Shown here: piece by piece, positions 29,601-38,655 of the stretch | Layout of the letters: each line of letters begins with the position of its first letter | Numbering within the stretch: position 1 is the first letter of the stretch | DNA from: Candidatus Heimdallarchaeum aukensis | GTDB lineage: Archaea > Asgardarchaeota > Heimdallarchaeia > Heimdallarchaeales > Heimdallarchaeaceae | Direction of reading: 5' to 3' | Assembly: GCA_021513695.1 (NCBI GenBank) | Contig: CP084166.1 | Span: 1,344,001 to 1,408,000 of the forward strand | DNA length: 64,000 nucleotides | Translations under genes and position numbers: made by a program | Notes under the pieces: model-generated | The model's database searches: none | What the model was told of the DNA's origin: nothing | Seen by the model: the letters and a program-made list of their open reading frames with translations, nothing else

Positions 29601-31381
29601 TTGCCAAGAAAACAAAATAAAAATAAAAAAATCGATCATGTTTTACAAAGCAGTGACAAACTATTGGATTTTATCACCTCTGAAATATTAAATGCTACAG
29701 AAAAAATTTATGCATGTTTTCCACCAGGAGAAAGATTAGGAAAACTTTTTGAGTTTAAGCAAGAAACTTTTTTCACTGTTTTTAAGAAGAATTTTCTACC
29801 TATAAAAGAAACCTTAATGAAAGATATTAACAACATCCCAAAAGAAAAGACAAATAAATTACTAATTGTAGGAAACCTATTTTTTGAGTTAAATGATTTA
29901 GATTCAGCAATTAAAATATATGAAAGAATAGTCAAATTAGATGAAACAAATATTTATGCTTGGAGTAACTTATTAACAATTTATCTTGAAAAAAATAAAA
30001 ACAAAAAGGCTCTAGAATGCTATATCCATATTCCACCAAATTTTATGCAAAGCACCATTTATGAGAAGATGAACAGAAAACTTGATGCTTATAGGATATT
30101 GAATATTTCCTCTTTAATCTCATATGAAGAAAAAATTTTTTCAATATCAAATGCAGAAACCATGCCTGAAGAACAAAGAGTAGAGTATGAAAACAAGTTA
30201 AGAGAACTCTACTCAGATATTGAATTTGCTAAAGGTCAAGAAGCATTAGCAAATGGGGAAATTGACGAAGCATTAATTTACTTTACAGGGTTAACAAGAA
30301 AGTATCCTAAAAGCGACATCTTGTTTTATATTTTAGGAAAAACAGCTCTTGATGGTAAACATTACGTAATATCAGAAGAGTACTTAAAAAAAGCAATAAA
30401 GATAGCGAACAATGTTCCTGATTATTGGGTTGCTTTATCAAGATGTTTTTTTGAACAACATAAAAATGAGCAAGCAGTTAAAGCTTTAAAAACAGCATTA
30501 ACACTTAATCCTTCAAATTCAGAGGCATGGGAACTAGCTGGAAAAATGGTTAAAATTTTAGAAGCTCTCAATGAGTATAATTATCTAATTAATAAGTTAA
30601 AAACTATTTCCACAAACACTGCGTATTCTTTATTTGCTAATGAACTTATTGCTTCCAAGAAATACTCTTCAGCTTTGGAAATATTACAATACGGAACAGA
30701 AAAATTTCCTGATGATGTCAGTCTCCTTGAGAAACTTGCTTTGGTTTACGAAAGGATGATGAAATTTGACGAAGCAATCACCATTTACGAAAAACTTATT
30801 CGAGTAGGAAGTAATAGTCAAAAATATCTGAGGAAAATAACCTCAATTCTCACAATATTACATGATGACACACGTTTAGTAAAGATCCTAAAAATGGTAT
30901 CAGCTTATATTCCAATAAATGAACCTGCATTGTGGGATAAAATTGGAAATATTTTACTTAAAGCAAAAGATTATTTTGGAGCGAGCGAAGCTTTTCGCAA
31001 AGTAATTTCTTTTAATCAAAATGACCCTAAAGTTTTATTTAATCTGGCCTTAACATATCAAGAGCTCTCACTTTACAAAAAAGCAGAAGAAACATATAAA
31101 AAAGTAATAGAGTTAAATCCACACGATCACGCAGCCCTAAACAATTTAGGAAATGTACTAAAAGAACAAAAAAGTACGATGAAGCAATAGAATGCTATAA
31201 GAAAGCAGTTCAGATTGAGCCCGATAAAGCGATTTCATTTGCAAATCTTGGAATCCTTTATGAAGAACTAAGATTAAAGAATGAAGCCAAAGAATGTTAT
31301 AGAAAAGCGAAAGAAATTGCTCTAAAGAACAAAGATTATGATTCAGCAGCAAAGTTTGAAGAATGGGAAAATTCAGTGTAA
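29601..31381 (+). pseudogene. TPR-repeat protein gene interrupted by a -1 frameshift in an A-run near 31166-31172. The ORF track ends at 31190 and the TPR reading frame continues to about 31381
   Basis: The 529 aa ORF ends ...LGNVLKEQKSTMKQ*. Reading the +1 frame from there gives KYDEAIECYKKAVQIEPDKAISFANLGILYEELRLKNEAKECYRKAKEIAL..., which is a canonical TPR continuation. One extra A in gaacaaaaaag would restore ...KEQKKYDEAIE.... Confidence 0.6.
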
Positions 31382-31927
31382 ATGTTATTGATAAAAATGG
31401 AAAAGAAAAAAGAATGGGCTATTGCTCAAGAAAAAATTACAGGATATATCCAAAAGCTTGGTTTTGATGTTTGGAAAGAAAGAAAAATAAACAACAAACG
31501 TGTTGATATTCTCGCTAAAAAAGTTTCAAGAGAGAAGATTACTTATCTAGTTTTTGAAATCAAACACTATAATAGAGTACATGCACATAATGAAAGAGAG
31601 TTTTTTGTACAAATTCAAGATTATGTGAAAGAATTATTACTCCGTGAAGTAGCCCGTAAATCAGCAAAAAAAGTATTAAGAGATTATATGTTCATTGGAT
31701 ACCTTGTTTTCACAAATGATTTTGGTTTATTTAAAAATAGAAAAAAAGATTGGAAAAGAAATTTTTTTCATCAAAGTGAAAAAGTTCTTAGAGAAATTTG
31801 GAGAAAGAAAGTTTCTTTTTTTTATTCTACTCCAGAATTTATTAAAAGAAATTTAGTAAGTTTGGGATTAGATTTAGATAAACAGTTAACATTAAACCAA
31901 CTTTTTAATTGTGAAGAAAACAAATAA
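31382..31927 (+). CDS. PD-(D/E)xK nuclease-fold protein, Hjc/Holliday-junction-resolvase-like
   Basis: EWAIAQEKITGYIQKLGFDV...KRVDILAKK...YLVFEIKHY follows the E...D...E-x-K pattern of archaeal Hjc-type nucleases. It is 181 aa, which is longer than canonical Hjc. Confidence 0.35.
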   Translation: MLLIKMEKKKEWAIAQEKITGYIQKLGFDVWKERKINNKRVDILAKKVSREKITYLVFEIKHYNRVHAHNEREFFVQIQDYVKELLLREVARKSAKKVLRDYMFIGYLVFTNDFGLFKNRKKDWKRNFFHQSEKVLREIWRKKVSFFYSTPEFIKRNLVSLGLDLDKQLTLNQLFNCEENK

Positions 31928-31963
31928 AAATAAAAGTAAGAAAAGAGCTGTTATTCTTAGATA

Positions 31964-32893
31964 ATGAGTAAACTCGAAGATAGTATTAAAGAACATCTGG
32001 TAGCAATTCATATATTAGATGATGGAATTAATGTACACTCAGAACAGCTCCATAGTATTAGTAATATCGATAATGTATTGTTATTTGGCTTTTTAACGGC
32101 ATTATATAATTACACTTTTGCTATAGGACAAGAAAAAATATTAAACATAGATTTAGAGCAATATAAGATTATTTTTCAAGAATTAAAAGATAACAAATTA
32201 TTAGTAGTCATTACAGATTCTCTTATCGACTATGATGATGAAAAGAATCTTATCGAAAAAATCAAACTTAGGTATGAAGTTCTTACTTATGATAAAGATA
32301 TAAGCGAAATTGATTCTTTACTTACAGTAGAAGAAGGAATAATTCCTTTAGAACTTATAGCTGAAATAAGAAGTAAGGGGACTATGTACGCGAAGCAAGA
32401 AGAAAAAAGCAAAGCAGAAATCCAAGCAGAGATAGATATTCCAAAAATAAAATCAGAAAAATTCTTTTTCCATATCATTTTGAATGAAGGAATTATCGAT
32501 TCGGATAAAGAAGTAAATATCAGAAAAACTTTATCTAATTTTTTTCTAGGTTACCGAAAATTGGTTTTATGTATATTTGCGTATAATATTAGAGGAAAAC
32601 TTTGTATTTTTTCCTTTGGTAGAAGTTCTCAAGCAGATAATCATAGAGAGTTCAGCACGCACATCATTAACGAAACTTTAGCCAAAGCCGTGAAGAAAGA
32701 ATGTAGTATCATAAATCAGATTGAATATGGTGGAAAGAAATTTTGGGCAAATATATTTCTTGATCAGAAGAAACATTCGAGCTATGTTTTTCTCTCAACT
32801 TCTAAAAATGAATTAGTAAGTTTAGAAGTTCATATAAAAAGAATATCTACTTTTATTTATAAATTGTTTCAAAAAAAGTTAGTAGATGCTTGA
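31964..32893 (+). CDS. Protein with two roadblock/longin-like halves. Function unknown
   Basis: VAIHILDDGINVHSEQLHSISNIDNVLLFGFLTALYNYTFAIGQEKILNIDLEQYKIIFQELKDNKLLVVITD has a roadblock/LC7-like beta-alpha-beta pattern. A second similar unit is KLVLCIFAYNIRGKLCIFSFGRSSQADNH.... Confidence 0.35.
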   Translation: MSKLEDSIKEHLVAIHILDDGINVHSEQLHSISNIDNVLLFGFLTALYNYTFAIGQEKILNIDLEQYKIIFQELKDNKLLVVITDSLIDYDDEKNLIEKIKLRYEVLTYDKDISEIDSLLTVEEGIIPLELIAEIRSKGTMYAKQEEKSKAEIQAEIDIPKIKSEKFFFHIILNEGIIDSDKEVNIRKTLSNFFLGYRKLVLCIFAYNIRGKLCIFSFGRSSQADNHREFSTHIINETLAKAVKKECSIINQIEYGGKKFWANIFLDQKKHSSYVFLSTSKNELVSLEVHIKRISTFIYKLFQKKLVDA

Positions 32894-33003
32894 AAACAGA
32901 TATTTAATAAAATTGCAATTTCAGTTTGTCACACAAATCCCACAAAGTTAAAAAAGAAAAAGATTGAAATAACAGTTATAGAATTAATGTACGAGGAATA
33001 TTT

Positions 33004-33387
33004 ATGAGTATCTCTGGTCGAGAAATGGAAAAATTGCTACAAGAGTTTTCTGACAATACAGAAGGAGTTTTAGGCTGTTCTATCATCCTTGCAAAAGATG
33101 CTTTAATGTTAGCTGAAATCTCTCAGAAATATGATAGTATGGTAATTCAATGGCTAAGTGAACGTATTTTATCTATGGCAAAAGAATCACTTAAGCAGTT
33201 AATGAACGATTACCAATTACAAAGCGTAACTATTGAAGAAGAAAATCATCTAATTTTTCTGAGACCAGTAGGAACAGAATATTATCTCGTTTTTATTCTA
33301 AATAAGGAAGAAAATAGAGGTTTAATTGAATATAATATAAAAAGACTTCAAAAGAAGTTTAGTAAAGCATTAGGAATACAAGAATAA
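33004..33387 (+). CDS. Roadblock/LC7 (MglB-like) domain protein
   Basis: 127 aa. GVLGCSIILAKDALMLAEI...QLQSVTIEEENHLIFLRPVGTEYYLVFILNKEENRG is the typical roadblock pattern. Confidence 0.55.
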   Translation: MSISGREMEKLLQEFSDNTEGVLGCSIILAKDALMLAEISQKYDSMVIQWLSERILSMAKESLKQLMNDYQLQSVTIEEENHLIFLRPVGTEYYLVFILNKEENRGLIEYNIKRLQKKFSKALGIQE

Positions 33388-33406
33388 AAAAATTAAGAGG
33401 ATTGTA

Positions 33407-33781
33407 ATGAATATCACAACACTAAAGATACTTTCTAAGATAGCAAAAGATAAAAGAAATTTGAAATTTAGTTTTATCTCTCCTGAAACAAAAGAAATAC
33501 TTTGTACAGCTGCAACATTAGAAGAGCTCTATCAGTGCATTTTAAACTTGGACCCTGAAATCATTAAGCATCATGTTTCTTTAGCTGAAGAATCTCCAGA
33601 AGAGACTAGAGATCTTGCTTTTTGGATACAATATATTCTTGCAGATTCAGACCTTTCTATGAAAATATACACAGCTGCTAAACGATTTAAAGATGACCCA
33701 GAAAAACTGAAGTTAGAATTAATAAATCTCTTATTTACCAGGCTGCTTAATATATCAGAGATTTCTTCTATTCCAGAATAA
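33407..33781 (+). CDS. Small helical hypothetical protein in the roadblock cluster
   Basis: 124 aa with no recognised motif. It is tightly spaced, starting 20 nt after the preceding gene. Confidence 0.35.
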   Translation: MNITTLKILSKIAKDKRNLKFSFISPETKEILCTAATLEELYQCILNLDPEIIKHHVSLAEESPEETRDLAFWIQYILADSDLSMKIYTAAKRFKDDPEKLKLELINLLFTRLLNISEISSIPE

Positions 33782-33846
33782 TTATTTTTCTTCAATCAAT
33801 ATATTTTTGAAATATTTCTTTGACAGTTAGTCAATAGCAAAAGAAG

Positions 33847-35982
33847 ATGGTGTTTGAAATTAGTATTACATGTCCAAAATGTAAGGGAAAAGGAAAGATA
33901 CATAAAGAAAAGACTACATGTCCTGCTTGTTATGGTGTAGGAAAAACTTCTTTTTCCTTGAGTGGTAAAGGCGTAGAAGGAGATATTTGCAAAAAATGTA
34001 AAGGGACTGGAAAAATCACAACTTATGAGAAATGTCCAGTATGTAACGGAAAAAGAACAGTATTCATATGTAAGAATTGTAAAAGTATAATGAAAGCTCC
34101 AAGTAGATCAGGATTATGTCCTGCTTGTGAAATACAAAAAAAGCCCATAGTTTACAAATTGCGCCCACCAATAGATTCACAACTTATTAGGAATGGTATG
34201 GTCTTTATAGGAAGAGTAGACCAGATCAAGAATTTTGGAGTTTTTGTTAAACTAGCTGAAGATGCTAAAGTTTTAATAAGAAAAGAAGATATGAGCGACG
34301 AATATGCTTGGGATTTAGGAGAGGAAGTCCAAGTCAAAATCAAAAATGTTAGCGATTCTGGCAAACTTTACGGTAAGTCCGTAAACATAAAAGATTACTC
34401 TCTGTTACCAATTAGAGGAAGAGTAAGAGCTGTCCAAATCAAAGATATAACACATGAAAGAGTGGGAGCATTTTTGTCATTTAAAGCTCAAGTTGTATCT
34501 ATTTTACAAACTTCTGGACCAACTAGATTTACTTTTGCAGATGCTACTGGTTCAATAAACGGTGCAGCATTTATAAAAGCAGGAGAAAGAGCTTTTCCTG
34601 AAATCGTTGAAGATATGGTCGTAGAATGTTTTGGAGAAGTAACAGAGTTTAGAGATTCATTACAGATCGAAATTCAAGACATTGAAGCTCTTGAAGAAGA
34701 AGAAACAAAGAAATTGTTAAATGAAATTGAAATTGCTTTGGATAAGAAAGCAACTCCAGCAAAATTAGATTTTTCTGTTAAATCAGAAATACTTACAAAA
34801 TTAAAACCAGATATTATTAAAGCAGCAAAAAGAATAAGAAAAGCAATTTTTACAGGGCAACCAATTTATATCAGACATCATGCAGATGCAGATGGTGTCG
34901 TAGCAGGTTTCTCGGTACAACAAGCTCTTATCCAGTTGATGGAAGAAGAAGGATATGATGCCGATACAATAAGAATTAGAATAAAAAGACTTCCTAACAA
35001 ACCACCATTTTATGATCCCATTGATGTTGTTAAGGATTTAGATTTTGCTTTAGCAGATAAAGAAAGATTTGGAGATAAACTGCCTTTAATTATTTGTTTA
35101 GATTTTGGTTCTTCATTAGAATCTATTCTTCCATATTTACAGATAAAAGCATTAGGTCTAGAAATAATTGTAGTAGACCATCATTTTCCTGATAAGAAAA
35201 TAAGAGAAATTGTCGATCTTCATATCAACCCTTATTTTGTAGGAGGAGGTTATGAGATTTCTGGGGGAATGTTAGGTTATGAACTTGCAAGATTCATACA
35301 CCCTACGATCATCACTGATTCGATGAAACATTTACCAGCCATTGCAGGACTTATGGATAGAGTTGAAGGAGACGAGATAAAAGAATATATTAAGTTAGCA
35401 AAGGAAAAGGGCTATTCAGAAGAAGACTTGAAGACAATAGGTATTGCTGTAGATTATGAATTATACCAATTAAAATTTAGTGAAGGAACAAATTTGATGA
35501 AAATTCTATTTGGAGTAGACACCGACATAGAATGGCATAAGCAAATGTACAAAATCTTGGGTGAAGAAGCGAAAAAGTTGATGGATAATACTCTAAAAAG
35601 TGTGCTTCCACATGTTAAACAAAAGACTCTAGAAAATGATGTCTTATTAACTCAAATTGATGTTGAACTTTTTTCACACAGATTTACATTTCCTAATCCA
35701 GGAAAAATTACAGGAATGGTTTTTGATCACTTTGTTGAGAACAATGAAGACAAGCCCGTAGTTACACTTGGTGAAGGTCCTGATTTTCTCATTTTACGTT
35801 CTAAAGGGTTAGCTATCAACTTTCCTGAAGTTGTAAAGTTGATGCAAGAGAAAATACCTGAAGCTGATGTTCAAGGAGGAGGACATGAAGTTGTGGGTTC
35901 ATTAAAATTCTATGAAGGAACAAGAGAGAAAGTGCTTAACTTTTTCATTAAATATTTGGCCAAATCCTCTCTTGCTCTTTAA
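33847..35982 (+). CDS. RecJ/Cdc45-like DHH-family nuclease carrying an N-terminal DnaJ-type CxxCxGxG zinc finger, a zinc ribbon and two OB folds
   Basis: The N-terminus has CPKCKGKGKI, CPACYGVGKT, CKKCKGTGKI and CPVCNGKRT (4 CxxCxGxG motifs), followed by CKNC...CPAC. An S1/OB-like segment is GMVFIGRVDQIKNFGVFVKL. DHH motifs are RHHADADG, CLDFGSS and VVDHHFPD. The DHHA1 motif is VQGGGHE. Confidence 0.7.
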   Translation: MVFEISITCPKCKGKGKIHKEKTTCPACYGVGKTSFSLSGKGVEGDICKKCKGTGKITTYEKCPVCNGKRTVFICKNCKSIMKAPSRSGLCPACEIQKKPIVYKLRPPIDSQLIRNGMVFIGRVDQIKNFGVFVKLAEDAKVLIRKEDMSDEYAWDLGEEVQVKIKNVSDSGKLYGKSVNIKDYSLLPIRGRVRAVQIKDITHERVGAFLSFKAQVVSILQTSGPTRFTFADATGSINGAAFIKAGERAFPEIVEDMVVECFGEVTEFRDSLQIEIQDIEALEEEETKKLLNEIEIALDKKATPAKLDFSVKSEILTKLKPDIIKAAKRIRKAIFTGQPIYIRHHADADGVVAGFSVQQALIQLMEEEGYDADTIRIRIKRLPNKPPFYDPIDVVKDLDFALADKERFGDKLPLIICLDFGSSLESILPYLQIKALGLEIIVVDHHFPDKKIREIVDLHINPYFVGGGYEISGGMLGYELARFIHPTIITDSMKHLPAIAGLMDRVEGDEIKEYIKLAKEKGYSEEDLKTIGIAVDYELYQLKFSEGTNLMKILFGVDTDIEWHKQMYKILGEEAKKLMDNTLKSVLPHVKQKTLENDVLLTQIDVELFSHRFTFPNPGKITGMVFDHFVENNEDKPVVTLGEGPDFLILRSKGLAINFPEVVKLMQEKIPEADVQGGGHEVVGSLKFYEGTREKVLNFFIKYLAKSSLAL

Positions 35983-36044
35983 ATATTCTTTTACATTCAT
36001 TTTTATTTAGCAAGTTTTTTATTTAAGTAAAATAATTTCATACT

Positions 36045-37712
36045 ATGAGTTACGTAGAAAAAGCATTATATCAATATATAAAGGGAATATTTGTAGATGG
36101 TTTTAAAGTTCTGTTTAGTAAGAAATATGTTGTATATACAAGTATATTCTTAGCTTCTATCATAAGTACGACAGTTTTGTATATTCTCCAAGCATTCCAA
36201 ATAAATACTGCAGTTGACCTAGGTAATTTGGCTTCATTATTCTTGAAGATTGAATTAGCACTTGCTTTAACATATTTTCTAAGTGGTTTAATCTTAGCTA
36301 GGTGTCCAATTTACTTTTGGATAATTCCAGTGGTAATTTTGACAGGTGGTCTAGTTGTGGTATTTTATTTTCTTCCGGACATATTAAATATTATTCCTGA
36401 CTTAAGCCCTTATTTTGCAGTCATTTTTTATTTGTCTTGGATTGTACTATCAGTCTTTCTTTCATTCTCCCTGTCAAGAAACTTTTTTGGAAATAAATAT
36501 TTGGGAAGCGCTCTATTCTTAGGTAAAAAGAAAAACGAAGGAGGAATCCTATTTTCTGGTATTGTTTTTGTCGTGGCATTAGTTAATCTTGCTTTATCTG
36601 TTTACTTACTCCGCTTAAGTATAATGAGTCTTTTTACCCCAAATAAACAGTTCTTTCTCCTCGTAGCTTCAGTCGCTTCAATAATATCTACAACAATCAT
36701 TTTTGCTATTATCTTTAAATTGGGTACCTATGATGATGTTTTTTATACAATTATTGCATTTTATTATGTTTTTACTAGTTACATTCTCTGGAAATTAGCT
36801 TATTACTATTTTACATCATCAGATATTGGAGAAATTACTGTTTCAAATGTTGACGTTATAATAAGTGTATTTACTAGTTTGTTCTGGGCTATCTATTCAA
36901 TGAGTAGTTATGGAAGAAAAATTATACAGATTAAAGCTTTAGATGAAGAACTAGAAAAAACAGAGAAAATCATTAAACAAGAAACATTAGAGGAACAAAA
37001 AGAGTTTGAGAGAATTAAAAGTATGAAGATTCCCCAAATTAAAATCACAGACGATGACTCATGGCTAGAAAAAAGGAAGAAAATCCAACAGATGAAAAAA
37101 GCAGAAAAAGAAAAATTGAAGGCTTTAAAGAAATTCAATAAGAAAAGAGAAAAAAGAAAGAAACTTGCTCAAGTAAGATTAGAAGAAGCTAAAAAAGAAA
37201 CAGAAGAACGTATTGCGAAATCTAAAGAAAAGTGGTTTATTTTTAGAATCCCAGACCTTTTAGGACCAGACGGTGTATTATTAACTATAATGGGAATGAT
37301 TCTCGGATATCATGTTACCAATATCCAATTTCTTTCTCAAGAAGATTTATTTAGTTCAATTTATTACTTAAGCTCTGACAGATTGTTTGGTTTAAGAGAT
37401 AAGTTTGCCATTGTATCAATAATGGTTATTATTGTCATATTTTTAATAAGCTACGAAACATCAGAAAAATTCAGAAAATATGCCTCACCAGAGCTGTACA
37501 GGTTAGAGATCTTACCTTCTTTTGATGAACTGATGGAACTTATCGAAAAAGTGAGAACTGGAGAAGTTTCATGGCAATCAATAGCAAAAGACATAATTCT
37601 ATCAGGGGCTAAGGCGGCAGTTGGAGCAGCAGCCACAAAGGCCTTTATAACTCCTAGCAAAACAATTGCTCGTAAGTTTAAGAAGTTGATTTCGAGGGAT
37701 GAAGAAGGATAA
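36045..37712 (+). CDS. Polytopic membrane protein with an internal Lys/Glu-rich coiled-coil cytoplasmic segment
   Basis: 555 aa. It has about 8 N-terminal TM helices, then EEQKEFERIKS...KRKKIQQMKKAEKEKLKALKKFNKKREKRKKLAQVRLEEAKKETEER, then further TM helices. Confidence 0.45.
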   Translation: MSYVEKALYQYIKGIFVDGFKVLFSKKYVVYTSIFLASIISTTVLYILQAFQINTAVDLGNLASLFLKIELALALTYFLSGLILARCPIYFWIIPVVILTGGLVVVFYFLPDILNIIPDLSPYFAVIFYLSWIVLSVFLSFSLSRNFFGNKYLGSALFLGKKKNEGGILFSGIVFVVALVNLALSVYLLRLSIMSLFTPNKQFFLLVASVASIISTTIIFAIIFKLGTYDDVFYTIIAFYYVFTSYILWKLAYYYFTSSDIGEITVSNVDVIISVFTSLFWAIYSMSSYGRKIIQIKALDEELEKTEKIIKQETLEEQKEFERIKSMKIPQIKITDDDSWLEKRKKIQQMKKAEKEKLKALKKFNKKREKRKKLAQVRLEEAKKETEERIAKSKEKWFIFRIPDLLGPDGVLLTIMGMILGYHVTNIQFLSQEDLFSSIYYLSSDRLFGLRDKFAIVSIMVIIVIFLISYETSEKFRKYASPELYRLEILPSFDELMELIEKVRTGEVSWQSIAKDIILSGAKAAVGAAATKAFITPSKTIARKFKKLISRDEEG

Positions 37713-37738
37713 AAAAACCAATCAATTTTCCTTTTTTT

Positions 37739-38590
37739 TTAAAATAATTGAACTAAATCTGAAAGCGAATTAGTAATAATATCAGGATAAAATGTTTTAT
37801 CTAATTTCACTAAATCAGACAGTTTCGATGCTCCACCTAACACAAAACAAGTATTTATACCAACATTCTTCGCACCCACAATATCGGTTTCAAGCCTATC
37901 ACCAAACATAATTGCATCTGTTTTTTTAGCTGAGGATAACTCCAAGGCCATGTTAAACATTAAAGGCTTTGGTTTTCCAATAATTGTATCTATTTTCCTA
38001 TTTGATAATGTCTCAAGAATGTCAATCATTGCTCCTCCTCCAGGTACAAAACCAGAGGGAGTAGGAAAAGTGATATCCGCATTTGTTCCTATAAATCGAA
38101 CATGTTTATTTTTTAAAATATTCATAGCTCTGGCTAACTTCACGTAAGTCAATTTTCTATCCATACCTGTAATTACAATGTCAACACTTTCTAAGTCAAA
38201 ATCAAATGGATCTTCAGAGTTTTTTTCTTCCCAGTTATTTAGAACTTGTAGATTAACTCTTTCTAATTCTTCTTTTAGACCTTGCTCTCCAATAACATAA
38301 ATTTTGGATTCAGGAAAAGTTTCTGAAACGTGTTTTGCTGTAAGATAAGCAGAAGTAAGAATCTGATTAAGATTAACATTAATTCCAAAATTCTTCAACT
38401 TTTCTACATATTCTTCTCGAGTTTTTGTGCTATTATTAGTTAATATGAAAATTTTCTTTTTTTTCTCTTCTAAAATGGATAACAGCTCTTTAGCGCCTGG
38501 AAGAATAGTATTTTCTTTATATAGCACTCCATCTCCATCAAAAAAGAAAGCATTAAATTGAAATAATTTTTCACCTAAATTAGAGCTCAT
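37739..38590 (-). CDS. HAD-superfamily hydrolase, subfamily IIA (NagD/PGP-phosphatase-like)
   Basis: FFFDGDGVL is motif I DxDGT/V. ILTNNS is motif II. GDRLETDI is motif IV. Length is 283 aa. Confidence 0.75.
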   Translation of the reverse strand: MSSNLGEKLFQFNAFFFDGDGVLYKENTILPGAKELLSILEEKKKKIFILTNNSTKTREEYVEKLKNFGINVNLNQILTSAYLTAKHVSETFPESKIYVIGEQGLKEELERVNLQVLNNWEEKNSEDPFDFDLESVDIVITGMDRKLTYVKLARAMNILKNKHVRFIGTNADITFPTPSGFVPGGGAMIDILETLSNRKIDTIIGKPKPLMFNMALELSSAKKTDAIMFGDRLETDIVGAKNVGINTCFVLGGASKLSDLVKLDKTFYPDIITNSLSDLVQLF

Positions 38591-38655
38591 TCTTTTTCAC
38601 ACTTATAAGTAAGGAAAACATTAGTTTTTTATACATTACCTTTCTTTCTTTATAC

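Noticed and set aside
31382-31927. Possibility that the TPR protein and the Hjc-like nuclease form a defence (Septu/AbiE-like) pair
   Set aside because: There is no ATPase or toxin-like partner and no mobile-element context. The TPR gene is frameshifted. The evidence is insufficient to call a defence system.
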